Part shown: positions 22,194-44,109 of the stretch, piece by piece | Layout: each line of letters begins with the position of its first letter | Numbering within the stretch: position 1 is the first letter of the stretch | NCBI GenBank assembly: GCA_900617105.1 | Contig: UYFQ01000830.1 | Span: 1 to 64,000 of the forward strand | Source: Hydrurus foetidus | Taxonomy: Eukaryota | DNA length: 64,000 bases | Reading direction: 5' to 3' | Program-made: the position numbers and the translations under genes | The notes under the pieces: generated by a model | What the model saw: only the letters and a program-made list of their open reading frames with translations | Database searches by the model: none | Told to the model about the DNA's origin: nothing

Positions 22194-25100
22194 ATGTCAA
22201 AAAGACAAACCTCAGTCGAAAGCATCACTCCAGGCGAAGGTTTGTCCACTATTTATCTTCCCTCAGAAGACACCTCCACATGCATATCTGATGATGCGTT
22301 CGAATACGATACACACAGCTCTAGTGAGATGCAATGGACAGGATATTTCAAGGAAGAAGACGAAGGGTAAGAATAGAATAATGGTTATTCTACCTGCACA
22401 GATAGCTCTCAAAAGAGGCACAGAGGGCCAGTTCGCCATGCTGGAAAAAGCTGACACCGATAAACCAGACCTTGTTATCGAAACGGTAGAGGTTAGTAAT
22501 TATTCCATATGTATTTCACCTGTAGTAGAATTCCTCTAATATCGACCATGCTATACGGTAGGGCACCCTGCGCTTTCCTGGTCAGTTCGTGTCCACGTCA
22601 ACGACGTTCTTCACGATAGCATGTCAGCCCAAACGCACTCAGAGCGCATGTGAAGACATTTTTGACACCGCACTGGTTTTTTCACAGGTCTAAATGAGGA
22701 AAATATCTGGACTCATTCTAACATACTTCATATAGCGGAAGAATTTGAAGATAATGCGCTATTGTCCACCTTGTCCCATATACACAGAAGCAAAGCAGAA
22801 TAACTTCTCTTTATCGCCTGCAGAATATGTTGCTTGTGTCATCTTTGATTTTATAGTGAGAGGAATTACACATATTTCGTCGTCTCATTTCAATCAATCA
22901 ATCTCTCCTCTGATCAGCCAACGTTTACTCCGAAAGTGAAGAAAGACGCTGAAGGACAAAGTGCGAAGGACATCAAAGGCGATACCACCTCTTCTGCATT
23001 GAGTTCTAAGAAAAAGCATCCTATCAGCGACACGGACCACAACAGACCCTCTGATATTGAATGGGATAAGAATGATTCCTATCTTTCTCAAGATGCTGGA
23101 GGTTTGCAGAATGCAGAACCTGAACATTCTGCAACTCACCTTCCTAGTGGAATAAAGGAGAAAGAAGGGGTGTGGGATTTTCATCATGGTTGCAGTTTTC
23201 TAGGTGACACGTCATCAAATCGAGGGGGCAAAGCTTCTGAGAATGTTCCTAGCAGCTCTTCTAGGAAAAAGAAGAGCATCGAATCTTCAACAATAGGACT
23301 AAAAAGCAGAAAGAAACCAGCTGTTTTGAATAAACGAGGTGTGGGAAATGAGTGGAATGAGAGTGGGAGCGATAATGAGGAAGACGAGGAGGCGGGGGAG
23401 GATGATGGTGATGCGGATAATGCAGCTCTTGACCTCAGCATCGACAGGGACGACAACAAAGGTGAGCCTTTATAGACCGACTCGTGATAAATAGCAACTA
23501 TTGACTATCATAACGGACTGATACACTGACTGACACGCATGAGCAGCAGTCTTGTATCATGTTGCTGAGTTCGAATATATTTGACTGACGCATGCCATTA
23601 CCCCTTCTTCTCAACTTCAACAGAGAACAGGCGACTCTCTAGCCGCGTCAAATCCGCAAAATCGGTGTACACGGATTTGGAGAGCGAGGAAGACACACGG
23701 TCTGTGTCGTCTGACGAGGAAGAGGGAGAAGGAGAGGAAGAGGGAAATGAGAGTGATGTATCCTTTGGAGTGGAGGACTCAGAAGAGGAGAGAGCACAGG
23801 GCCGTGGCAGAAATGATAATGGTCATCATGATTCAGAGTCTGATAGAAATAAAGGCGAGAGGAACAGCAAAGCTAGAGTTACAACACAAAAAGAGAAAGA
23901 CGGGGGGCAAAGGAAAGGGAAAGGGACAGGGAAAGAGTCTGTGAAAGGTGTGAAGAAACAAGAGGAAGAGGTAGAGATGAAGGTGAGGGTAGCACCCAGT
24001 CTGTTCTCAGAGAAAAGGAAAAAAGCGATGTCAAAAAATGGCTCTGGAATCTCGACTTCCTCTTCCTCTTCTTCTTCTTCTTCTTGGTTACCAAGCAGTT
24101 GGGGTGAGAACTTGGGTCAGAAGTCGGATTTGATTCCAGACATCTACGTGGATGAAGAGAATGAAATACTGCTCCCTTCTAGCACATCTTCATCTTCATC
24201 TTCATCATCGACTGGTGCCGCCAAGATTCGTGATATCAAATCGGTGAAAATACCAGTAAGGAAATCAGTGTCTTCCAGATCGGAAAAAAGTTTTGCTGCC
24301 GACAGCTCAGATGATGATAATGGTGATGATGACGATGATGATTATTTTGACTTATCCAACGCCAGGAACAAGAGAGGAAATGGAGAAGAGAAGGGGAAGA
24401 GAAAAGCTGTCGTTAAGAGCTCAACATTGGAGGGTGTGGCCGAGTCGAAGAAGAAGGAGAAGGAGAACGAAAAAGTAAGAGCGAGTGGTGCAGGTAAAGA
24501 CATAGTACTGATGAGAGCGAGAGAGAATTTGAGAGGTGGAGAGGATGCAGATGAGTGTGCTTTGAAGGACGTGATTGAGGGACTGAGAGGAGCACAGAAA
24601 ATGAGCATGGATGGGAGGAGCGCAGGAAGTGGAGACAAAGCTAGGACAGACACAAATAATCAGCACACCGCCACATCATCTTCGAATCACACAGTGATAG
24701 AAAGAACAAGCAGTCCGTCATCATGGAGATCGGGTCTAGGATCCCTAGCAGACTCCTCTAACGTTGAAGACACAGAACGCACATCTGATTTTCCTTCCCT
24801 CCTCATGGGAGATAGCAGCAAAGAAATGAGTCAGCCAAGGAGGAAATCCGTGATTGTGCGAGACGTAAATCCGGTGAGCAATAAACGGAAATCGCTACTA
24901 GACGTTGAAAGTGTTGATAGTGATGTCAGCGATGACGAAGATTACTTCAACTCGCAGCCTGCAGTAAAGAAAGGCCGGGGCTCTGGTAATAGAGCTAGCA
25001 AGGAGAACTCAGAACCGAAGATTCCGCCTGTAAAGAGTAGGACAAGCAGAGGTGCAGAAAGAGAGAAGGAGGTGGAGAACCCTGTTGTACACTCAATCGA

Positions 25101-26010
25101 CTTGGATGCTATCGAAACTGTCAACACCAATGAACCGATGTCTGCGAAGAAACAAGCGTCTGTGTCAGTGTCAGTGTCTTCGGGACTGAAGGTATCTACT
25201 GCTAAGAGAGGCAGGAATAGCACTGAGAGCGGTCAAGAGCGAGGAGATACAAACAAGAACAATAGTAATAGTGAGGGGCTCAGTGGTAGTGTGGGTGTGG
25301 TGAAGAGGGCAGGGAGGGTCGGCGCCATGAAGGGCAGAGATCTGTTCGGTGACAGTTACAAAGCACGGGTAGTCGTGCCTGAAATCGACCTCTCTGCCTC
25401 TCCTGATAAGTTTGAGAGTAACAACAATGGTGACAATGATAATAGCGATGGTGATGGCGATAGAGTAGTGAAGGGAAGGAAGGGAGGGAGAGAAAAGGGT
25501 CCTAAGAAAAGATATTCTCTAGCAGATAGCGAAGATGAAAGTGGAGACGATGATGGTAATGGTGGAGGGGATGATGACAGTAATGATGATGACTATGATA
25601 ACAATACCGCTGTTAAGAGTAAGAGAAGTAAAAGCGGTGTTGTAGGCGAGCCTGCTAGAAAGACTATCAGCAATATTAACACCAACAAAAACAAGAACAC
25701 CACCAAGAACACCAACAACAGCAGTAGCAGTAGCAGCAGCAGCAGCAGCAGCAGACGTAATACCAGTACCGGGAAGGAGAAGGAAAAAGAGAAGGAGAGC
25801 GGTAGGAAGAGGGATCCATGGGAATTTGACAGTGGTAGCGATATTGAGATACTAAATGCTGTTGACATCAGCACTAAATCCAGCAGATCTGCTTCAAAAC
25901 CTCCTAGCAAGAAGAGGAGCGGCAAGAGTAGTAGTCTGGGTAGAGGTAAGGGTGGGAGGGAAGCAAGCAGAGATAGGGATGACGACTCGGATTACAGTGA
26001 TATGTCGTAA
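22194..26010 (+). CDS. RHL1: RHL1-like protein (DNA topoisomerase VI-associated factor) with a very long disordered C-terminus; 5 exons
   Basis: The spliced N-terminus MSKRQTSVESITPGEALVRCNGQDISRKKTKGKNRIMVILPAQIA...LEKADTDKPDLVIETVEGTLRFPGQFVSTSTTFFTIACQPKRTQSACEDIFDTALVFSQ follows the plant RHL1 core as I recall it (GKDII..RKNRFLF.FP, L.TKNPVLY, GRMKLFG, CDDYFD..IVFS). It is followed by roughly 1000 aa rich in S/D/E/K. Confidence 0.7.
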
Positions 26011-27728
26011 AGTGTGGAGGGAGCGAATGGAGGGGTCCTAGGACAAGGGGGGGGGGCAGACGGCCCGATCCGGGCCTATGGGGTCTGGTCCAGGGATGGG
26101 GAGTGGATCCGATGGCGCACTTAGGAATCGCATTTGACTCTTCAGCAGATGTTCTGTGTCTTCGTTCCAATGACGCACTTCACTAAGAAGGCGCACCACA
26201 CCATACAGGTCGCATGAGCCAAATCAAGTCAAGTGGACTCTTCAATGCGTGGAGACTCTGCTCCTTGCATGTATCCCATCACAATCAGATAAGATGGAAT
26301 AGCATGGGATGGGATGGGACGTTGTGTGTCCTATCTATCGCGTCCTGTCCTGTTCTGACATGTCAAATTAGTGAGTGCCATTTGCATCTCACAAGGCGAT
26401 AGATGTGGTAATATTTAACTGAATCAAGACACGGCAATGCGAGGCAGAAGGTGTCCCATGCACGACAAGAGAGGAGAGATGGAGACGGGCAGATGTGCGT
26501 AGTGTATACAGTATGTATAGAGGGAGTAGAGGGGGTGGGACATGGTTCCATGTGTGAGTTGCGAATGTGAATGTTGCGTGGCGCATGATGCGATGTGATC
26601 TTCACCTAGGTATAGCAAAGTCACTTTATCTGTCATGGACATGATAAAGTCACTCATCTCTGCCGAGCAATGCAGTAGAGTACATGATATTTATTCGTTT
26701 TAAATGTCTGCATTTAATTTGATTCAATTTTATCAGACCTCTTCTCAGTACATTACTGTTGATTATCTTCCGACTAGCGACAACTTTCTCTTTATCCCAC
26801 ATCATCAGTTTAAGATGAAGAGAAGAAAGGTGTGTGCGTAGGTCAGTTATTTATCAGTCCACAGGGATGTGGGGCTCTGATAAAGAGAGTGGCAGTATCT
26901 AGAAATCAATTGAAAAGTGCTGCACTCCATTCCATCCTTGTATCTCCGTGCATGTGTGAATAATATCTGCGTATATGTATATCTCTACGTGTGAGCGCGT
27001 ATTGAGCTTGAGGAAGGGAAAGAAGAAGTATGATTCAATAAGTCTTGATGCGACTCTATTTGACACTGCTGCATCATTGAGAGGGCTAGACCAAGCAGTG
27101 CGGTGCACCGTATCGTTGACATTGGGTATGCACCCACGGGTGATCCACTATTTTGTAGACTATTGCTGAGGCCGTGATGAACAGTTACCAGTGAGTGTTG
27201 GGGAACAATTATAGTTGATGACAGCAGTTATCGAGTATCACTAATGGCAGATAGCCAACTACCATTGGGTGACGACCACGATTGTTGCTGCACACCTGAC
27301 AGTAATCACTGATCAACAAGTATTCAGTGGTTGAGAATACGACAATTAGAACACAGACGTCGACTACTATCAGACATGGTGTGGATGTCACTACATCTAG
27401 TATTCCATTAATTACAGGAGATACCCAATGTTTAGATTTCACACTACAAAAAAAGAGGAAAATAAAGGAACTTTTTCATCTCAAAGCGTCCCAGTGGAGT
27501 ATCGCACACGTGACACGAACACGATGCTTTTAATATCTTTATTGTGCTTAAGCGGAAATTGTGATCTACATAACAGAACAGAATGAGACAAGATATTTCA
27601 GAATAAATAAGTGTGGTGGCCCTTTTCATATTCCCTCTCTGAACACTTCATAGTTACATCTGATCAAATAAATATCCCCCAAGATGTAAGACAGTGTTGC
27701 ACCCATTCCATCGCTACTGCTAACAGGA

Positions 27729-28949
27729 TTAAGTGCCGAATATTTTTTCTCCATAAAATACTTTTTCGAGGAACAACCCACAAGCGGGTGCCGTAACCAA
27801 TCTGTTCTCCGCCCTGGACGGAATGTAGCCGGAATACACCGGAACTGACGGGGAGGATGCGATGCGACTAGTTTCGAATGCAGATGGCAGTTTGAAGGTA
27901 GATGGTTCAGTTTGTGTTGATGGCAGACTGGCAGTATGATGTATATCTTCTTCCTCTGCTTCATCTTTTTCCACTCCCACATTGCTCTTCGTTACACCTG
28001 CTCCTTCGCCACCCACCGCCATCGAATCTTTCCCTAACAAGCATCCCAACTCATCAAGTCCCATGGCACCATACCCAACTTCAACACAACCAGCTATGAC
28101 ATTACGGAGCATTTTGTAAAGAGCTCCATCTAGAACAATGTCCACCTTATAATGGACATCTTCAAAGTGCCCACTTGATGATAGCGATGAGAACTGAGGA
28201 TACTGTGATGGATTACAAATTTTCTCAACTGTTGCACTATATATTGTTCTGAAGGATGAGAATGATTTGCCGGAGTACACCTCACTTTTTCTCGCCCTGA
28301 TATCCAATCTATTCCCAAATGCTCTGAAATCGTGAGTGCCTTCAAATAAGTTTAGAGCACTTTGGAAACGATCGACATCCATCAGTTGAGTAGCCTGGTG
28401 CTTATATAAGTTAGCACAATATCTCGTCTTCATTGGGTCTAGTAAGGCGCTGGTCGTCGTAAACACATAGGAGTAATGCTTGGCGACAGCATTTTCAATT
28501 GCATGCCAAGGTAGGCCTTCTTCAATTTGAATATCTAGGAGACCAAGCGGCGCAATCGAGCAACGTTTAATTTTCAGATCGTCAGGAAGCTGCTGATTGA
28601 TAAATTGTAGTGATCCCGATAGATCAGTATTAAGGAATGACTCAGGGAGATCGTAATGTATGATCTGACCTCTAGCATGTACCCCCTTGTCAGTGCGTGA
28701 TGCACCGCACACTCTAATTGGCTGCTGATACAGACCACTTAGCACCTCATTTAATTCTCCCTGAACACTTCTCTTGTTGGACTGTAACTGCCAACCAGAG
28801 AACGCTGATCCATCGTATGTAACTTCGGCAACTATACGACGAGTAGGCTGCTTCTCAGCATGAATTGAAGCTGTCCAGACGAAACAAAACCTGGTGGAAC
28901 GGAAGACTACGAAGAGTAAAAGCAGCAGTGTCGGCTCGTTGCCGTGCAT
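27729..28949 (-). CDS. truA: tRNA pseudouridine synthase A (TruA/Pus1 family), intronless, with an N-terminal targeting extension
   Basis: Motifs VTYDGSAFSGWQLQ, GASRTDKGVHARGQ (catalytic Asp), FEGTHDFRAF, LYKMLRNVI and TAPACGLFLEKVFY. First ATG at 28949. Confidence 0.93.
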   Translation of the reverse strand: MHGNEPTLLLLLFVVFRSTRFCFVWTASIHAEKQPTRRIVAEVTYDGSAFSGWQLQSNKRSVQGELNEVLSGLYQQPIRVCGASRTDKGVHARGQIIHYDLPESFLNTDLSGSLQFINQQLPDDLKIKRCSIAPLGLLDIQIEEGLPWHAIENAVAKHYSYVFTTTSALLDPMKTRYCANLYKHQATQLMDVDRFQSALNLFEGTHDFRAFGNRLDIRARKSEVYSGKSFSSFRTIYSATVEKICNPSQYPQFSSLSSSGHFEDVHYKVDIVLDGALYKMLRNVIAGCVEVGYGAMGLDELGCLLGKDSMAVGGEGAGVTKSNVGVEKDEAEEEDIHHTASLPSTQTEPSTFKLPSAFETSRIASSPSVPVYSGYIPSRAENRLVTAPACGLFLEKVFYGEKIFGT

Positions 28950-29470
28950 AGCTTTCTGCAATGACTCCAACCATCATCATGTGTCATGTGTCATGTGTGA
29001 TGTGTATCACGACCATTTTCCTAACGACTTCGGTTTCGCATGCGTAGACTGATGCTCATGGATCATACCCGCTGACTGAGAAAACGCAACCCATCATATG
29101 AACAAGGTGTTTCAAATATTTTAAACTTAGCTTGTCTGGCTGAAGGAACCGTTTGTCCAACATCGCCCGAAGTGGACGCGTGGCGTGCTGGCAGTGGAAA
29201 CAATCTTTCAATTCTTACAAAGTCGGCATCAGTTTCATGTCTAATTGGTAATTGGAGCTGATATGCTGTACTTCACTTTTTTCGGTGTGAAGTGTTGCGG
29301 CCATCTCACTGAGTGATATTCGTCCTACGAGACTTCACAATAATAACATCTTTTGTGATCTGGAAAGAGTATCGTTGCAGTGTGTAATGAGAATACCTTA
29401 ATCTCCTGCACAGTTTTTCTCAATTACTCAGTATTACAGAAGTGTTCGTTCTAAACTACTCAAGTTGAGT

Positions 29471-38369
<8,899 letters not shown>

Positions 38370-39130
38370 CCTAGCAGAGCATAGATGAGATGAGAAGAAT
38401 AGAATATGATACGGGCTGGCACCGCTAAGAGTGGGGAAATTCCTTTTCCCAAGGAATGGAAAAAATTGAAATTGCTCTTTGTGAAGGCTCTTTTCTCTTT
38501 AAGCACTACCTCACTGCACTGCACTGTATTACGCTGCGCTTCTCACCACTACTGCCCCTCTTTGTCTCTATCTCTCCCCTACCCCTACCTTGTCTATTTG
38601 ATAACTCTGTAAATATACTTGATTGAGTGTTCATCTCTCTCAGTACAGAAAAGAAAAGTGAAAAAAAAGAAGAAAAAAAAGAATTCGATCAATAGAGTGC
38701 AAAACTCAAATTTTAAGAGTCAAATATTAGAATCATTCCGTAGTAATGTCCATTGATGACTCTCATGTCACAGACGATATAGTAAGAGATTCACGCATGT
38801 TTGCAGTGAATTGAAAGTGTGCACATCGCAGCATACTCAACGGGACATCAGAGATAGCGCTGCACTGTCCCGTCCTGTACTGCGCAGTAACGTACTGTAC
38901 TATTGATCCCGCAAGATGCACTTGAACATACATGTTCGAGTGTGTACAAGGATCACGTACAGTGATTTTACAGTTTGACATTGTTCGGCGATACTGGATG
39001 GGTATATTATTGTCCAACCTAATCGCATATCGCCCAATCCCACATAATTTATCCGCTACGATACAATTCCATACAATATCGTCCCGTCCCATCCCATCCG
39101 ATCCTCCACTCCCCATCCTATTTGTACCGG

Positions 39131-42100
39131 TCATGACTTGGAGAGATGATCGTACACGACAGAGAAGTCCTTGTGGCTGAGTCCCTGTTCACACAGAGAG
39201 GTGTACGTGTCGTACGCGTGTTGACCAGTGGGCAGGGAGATGTTGCGAGACGCTGCTGCATCCACTGCGAGACGGAGATCTTTCTTCATCAATACTGTGT
39301 GGAGGTAAAGATAAGAGGAATGATAGAGTGAAGAGAAAGAAGAAAGTGAAAAAGTATGGAAATAGTGAAGGTCTTTCTTCGTCAAAACAAATAAGATGTA
39401 AAGAGAGAAGAGATAAGAGAAGACAGAAGAACATAGAAGACGAAGACGTGAAGAGTAAAAGAAAAATGAGGTGATCGTTCATGAGAAAGGAACAGAGAGA
39501 AGAGGGAGGGATTGCTGTGATGGAATGCTGACTGTCTCGGTTAATATGCAGGTGCAGATAGTGTCAGAGGGAAGGCAATCAAGAAGAAGGTTTCATGTAC
39601 GAAGAATGCTCGGAGGAGTGCGGGGACAGAGGATAAATGAAACAAGCACAGACAAATACAAGTGCATGGATAGGTCAATACATTTAACTACAATTCAGCA
39701 GTCTAATTGAATACGCACACTCACACACACAAACAAAGATGATTGTCGGATTAAGAGTTCCAAAGTTTACCTGATCCAAACCCTCCTTCGTAGTTGCGAG
39801 AAGAAGGAGCGTTGGGCAGCACACCTGGACAGGGATTGTTGATCTCACTACTCCAACACCTACACAGCAGAGGGTATGAGGCTGTGAGAGGGAAGCAAGG
39901 AAGGAAGGAAGGAAGGAAGGAAGGAAGGAAGGAAGGAAGGAAGGAAGGAAGGAAGGAAGGAAGGAAGGAAGGAAGGAAGGGGGGGAAACTGACGGGAGGG
40001 ATAGAGAAGATGAGTGTGTGGTTATTTCAAAATCTACAGACAACAGAGAGTTATGATAATGAAGAGAGGTATTCAGAGAGGGTAACAGATGAAGGCCTGC
40101 CTGCCGTCCCTCCGAACATTCCTCTTCTCCCTCGACCTCTTCTCTATTATCCAATCATCTCTTCATTTTCTAATTCACTCTTCTCTCTTTCTTCCCCTCT
40201 CTTTTCTTCTCTCCTGCTCCTACTCTTCTTCCCTTTCATCACATGGTCTACCAACATGAACTCCGGTAATAACTATCAAATTCAAACTGCACACTTCGAA
40301 GAGACATGGACGTGCACCCGTACTCGCACAGTACAGTAGATACCTCGCAGTAGACGCATTCATGACTTCCGCCAGTTTCACTGAATCCATTCCAAGCTTC
40401 ACGCCCTACAGAAAAGGAGGAGGAGAAGCAGTGGTGACGGTTACTATTATCGTGATGACGATATATTAGATGAGAATAAGAAGGAATGTGGATTGTAAAC
40501 TATCATGGTTCGTAAGACTGAGACTACAGAAAAGGGAAGAGAGGCTCGTTGCGATAAGTGACATGGTTTTCCTCGACACAAAGGGGTGGTACGTAGGATG
40601 ATTATGATGCAAAAAAGGTATGAGAGACCAACAGCAGTACACACTAGACTCGAAGAGAGAGAATGTGGTGTAGATCGCTTAGTACGCGTGTGCATGTATC
40701 CATCCGTGAGTCAAACAGAATACACAAGTGTACGTCAGAGTATGCGTCTACAAGTAGATCTTTCAGTATGTGCTTGTGTATGTGTGTGTGTGTGTGCATT
40801 TGCGTGTGTATATACGCGTGTGTGTGTGCGTGTGTGTGTCAGTGTGTGTGCATATGCGTGTGCATCTCACCAGGTTCATGGCCTCGGCAGTTCCGATCAT
40901 GCTGATGGCGAGAGAAAGATTGTTGCACAGCTTGGCCACTCCACCTGCTCTCAATTAAAAGGATGAAAATGAAAATGAAATGAAAGGAGAAGGAGAAGAA
41001 GAGGAAGAGAGTGGTTCAATGAAAGCAATTAGATGGATTGACAGGATGAAGCTGAGGGAAGTTGGGATGGATGGAAGACGAAGAGAGGAACTAATATAGA
41101 AATAAAAAGGATTGTGTAAGATTTGAAATGACAACGAACGCTTATATTGCCATGCACTTCCTTCCCCACACTATCCCACCTCCTCCCTTATCCCACCCCC
41201 TATCTCTCTCTTTCATCCAGTGTACTCCTCACTCTCCTTTCACACTCCATGTCATCCCCCACCCACTACCTCATCACTCACATTCCGTCTCTTACCTGAT
41301 CCAGCATCGCCACACGAGAAAAACTTCTGGCCCATTAGACCTAAAATAGGCTATACAATACGATAGAATACGGTAATACATTAAATTCATGATTAGAAGG
41401 TGCAGTGGCTGACAGAATACCATAGTAAGTGATGAAAAGAAATCATCCGTTTCGAGAATTTTTGATTTTCGAACAATGCGGACAGGTGCGTACAAGAATG
41501 CTAGTATACTCCACTTCACAACACTCCACTACACAACACTCCACATCACTACACAACACAACACTTCATTACACAACACTACACATAACGATTAGCAAAT
41601 ATACTTCACACATCACTTGATACCCGACTAAATCTTACCTGAATTCTCTCGAATCTCTCCCCAGTGGCTCCTACCATGAAAGTCAAAGTGCCCGCTGTCG
41701 CTCCTGCTACACCTCCGCTAAGAGGTACAACATACGTACGTATGTGTTATATTTGTTACACGCAATGATGCGTTATCGCGTATTGCTGTAACATGATGTA
41801 TTATGATTTACATGATAGATGCTATTATTCACACGAATATTTCTTCTTCCTGCACTTTATACATGCCATTCTCAAGCTCCTCTCCTCTCTCTCACTTCTC
41901 CGCTATGAGAGGAGAAGAGGGGAGCGGAGAGGAGAGACAGTGTGACAGACAGAGCCATTAGCGCTGGCCATTAAGACGTTGACTGTACTATGCAGTTGCT
42001 CTTTGGCAATGATGAGTGAATTGATTCTATTGCAGTGATCTGAGCTACAATAGACTGACTGACTGACTGACTGACTGACTGACTGACTAACAGACAAATA

Positions 42101-42933
42101 GACAGGTAGACTAACAGACAGGCTGATTGACAGACTGAGTGATGCACTGACAGACCGACAGACTGAGTAGCTGACTAACCTGACGGGGCAATCAAGAAAT
42201 GACAGGGAGAAGTTTTCCCCCGCAATGTCGTGCAATGCCTTTGACGTAATCGGGTCGATAGTTGAGCAGTCCAGCAGTAAGGTACCTTAAATGGGGCGGG
42301 AGAGTTAAATTCGACTGTACAGCATGCGAAAGATCTTACCCAATGTGTATTTTGAATTGTGTGCTAACAGTTCAAGTACTTCTTGTATAATTAACAATAA
42401 TCATCGGAGGTTAATCGTCACTATCAAACATTGACCACTAATTCAATTTCATCTTTCTTACCCTTTTTAGCGCAACAGAATACTCCGTCGCTTCTAGTCA
42501 TGGTGTCGAAGACATGACTTGTGTTAGGAAGCATTGTGATTATTGTCGAGCAATTCGACGACAAGTGCGAGACGCTTTTAGCTGCTACTGCGACAACAGT
42601 TGCACTACCATTGGTCATGAGAGAGTGTTCTTTAATCAATTCGGATGCCCGATCGGGGTCAACATCATATAAATATATTTCAGTTTTTCGTCTGTAAATG
42701 TTGCTGTTATTGGATTCGTTATCGGCATCCTGATAATTCTTCAGTATATTGAGTGCCATAGGATATCCCATTCGTCCGAGTCCAATAAATCCGATTGATT
42801 TTACAGTTTCCGCTGTTGTGCCAGAATGTCTCAGATTGGTAAGACTCCATGAGGAAGATGAGGTGAGAACACGTTGACAAGCGGGATTGCTGACAACGCG
42901 ATTCAAAATTCGTCTCGTGTCACTAGCCAACAT
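39131..42933 (-). CDS. HIBADH: 3-hydroxyisobutyrate dehydrogenase, mitochondrial; 8 exons
   Basis: [16 protein letters not shown] (Rossmann fold), [50 protein letters not shown] (catalytic Lys), [20 protein letters not shown] and LMKKDL...KDFSVVY. R/S-rich mitochondrial presequence. Confidence 0.95.
39897..39980 (+). repeat. (GGAA)n microsatellite; serves as the pyrimidine tract of a minus-strand intron
   Basis: Directly visible, just upstream (in minus sense) of the acceptor near 39862. Confidence 0.95.
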
Positions 42934-44109
42934 GATAAAAATTGAAATATGTAATCCTCCTCCCGATTATTCAGAGGGTTGATGAAGAGGAATATATGAA
43001 GACTTGACTACGTTTATCACGTTGAGTTCTGAGTTGAGTTCATAAAGGTGTGACCCAAATTTTAGAACAGCTGTGCACTCTTCTGTAACTTGATGTTGAA
43101 CTTGGAACTCGGAACTTGCTCAAACCCACACACTACCTCCTCCTACCTTAGTAAAAAAATCAGAATGCGATTCTCAAGATGAAATACTGGACAGTAGTGG
43201 GTCAAAGAAGCACTCCGTATGAAGAGACAATGTTAGAGTTCTGCGAACTTTCTGCATTTCTTCTAAATATCCACTTGTAAATCTTTTCTTCCGCCCGGTG
43301 CGGAACTCCACAGTAATGAAAAATCTGGGGCGCCATGCTTCACACGCATGGACGCACAAAAACCTTCAGTGTTTTAATTTTACGTTTGATCCATAGAAAT
43401 TAAGCGATCCATGAACAAAGAACGACTTTTTCTCCAAATACTGTAGGTATGTGTGTGTCCATAATTTCAGCATCACTCCGTCATGAACTGAAAGTATTGA
43501 AAATTGTGAACTGTATGAGCTGAAAATTTGACATGAATTTCCTGCTTCAGTGATATTGACACAGATTGTAGAGCTCGAGCTTGATTCGGAAGTCCTCCAA
43601 AGTCCAAAGGAAAAAGGAATTAAAAATCTGGGATTCTAGGATTCTGGGTGTTTTTCGAATGATTTAGGGTTTCACCCAAACACCTAAACACCCAAACGTG
43701 AACTTCTGAGTACACACTGAAATTTTTGAGTGAGCGCGTGTGTCGAACGGACCGACCCAACTCCTCTTGTGATTTGTGACATGTTGCGGCACATCTATGA
43801 TAACTTAAGTTGCTGTGTTGGAATGTCAATGGACATGAGGATCGTCTAATGAACCCAATTGCATCCTGGTGGTTCGGAGTGCGTCTGTAGCTAAAGGAGC
43901 TGTCGCATTTCGACCAACTATAGTTGGTCTTACAATTCATAAAAATCTTCGCTACTCCTTGGAAGTAGCAGCTTTTTCCGTCGGTGGACTAATTTATACC
44001 GAATGATATTACGATTCTGCTGCTCTAGCTGCGAACAAGTGATCTTGAGTTGATGTGACTCTCCTTTAGTTAAAACCCTCTCCAAAGCCATTCTTTTGCA
44101 ACAAAAGCA

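Noticed and set aside
17778..26104. Shared 16-mer TCCAGGGATGGGGAGT downstream of two genes (17778-17793 and 26089-26104)
   Set aside because: One 16-bp G-rich match is about what chance gives in 64 kb, and the flanks do not align.
27170..27315. Possible C/D-box snoRNA (TGATGA ... CTGA)
   Set aside because: No terminal stem and no rRNA-complementary guide that I could recognise. Such boxes are common by chance.
43640..43697. Short inverted repeat TGGGTGTTT/AAACACCCA around one TTTAGGG in the HIBADH-TBC promoter gap
   Set aside because: Only 9 bp, with no TSD and no second copy in the window. Too weak to call a MITE or telomeric relic.
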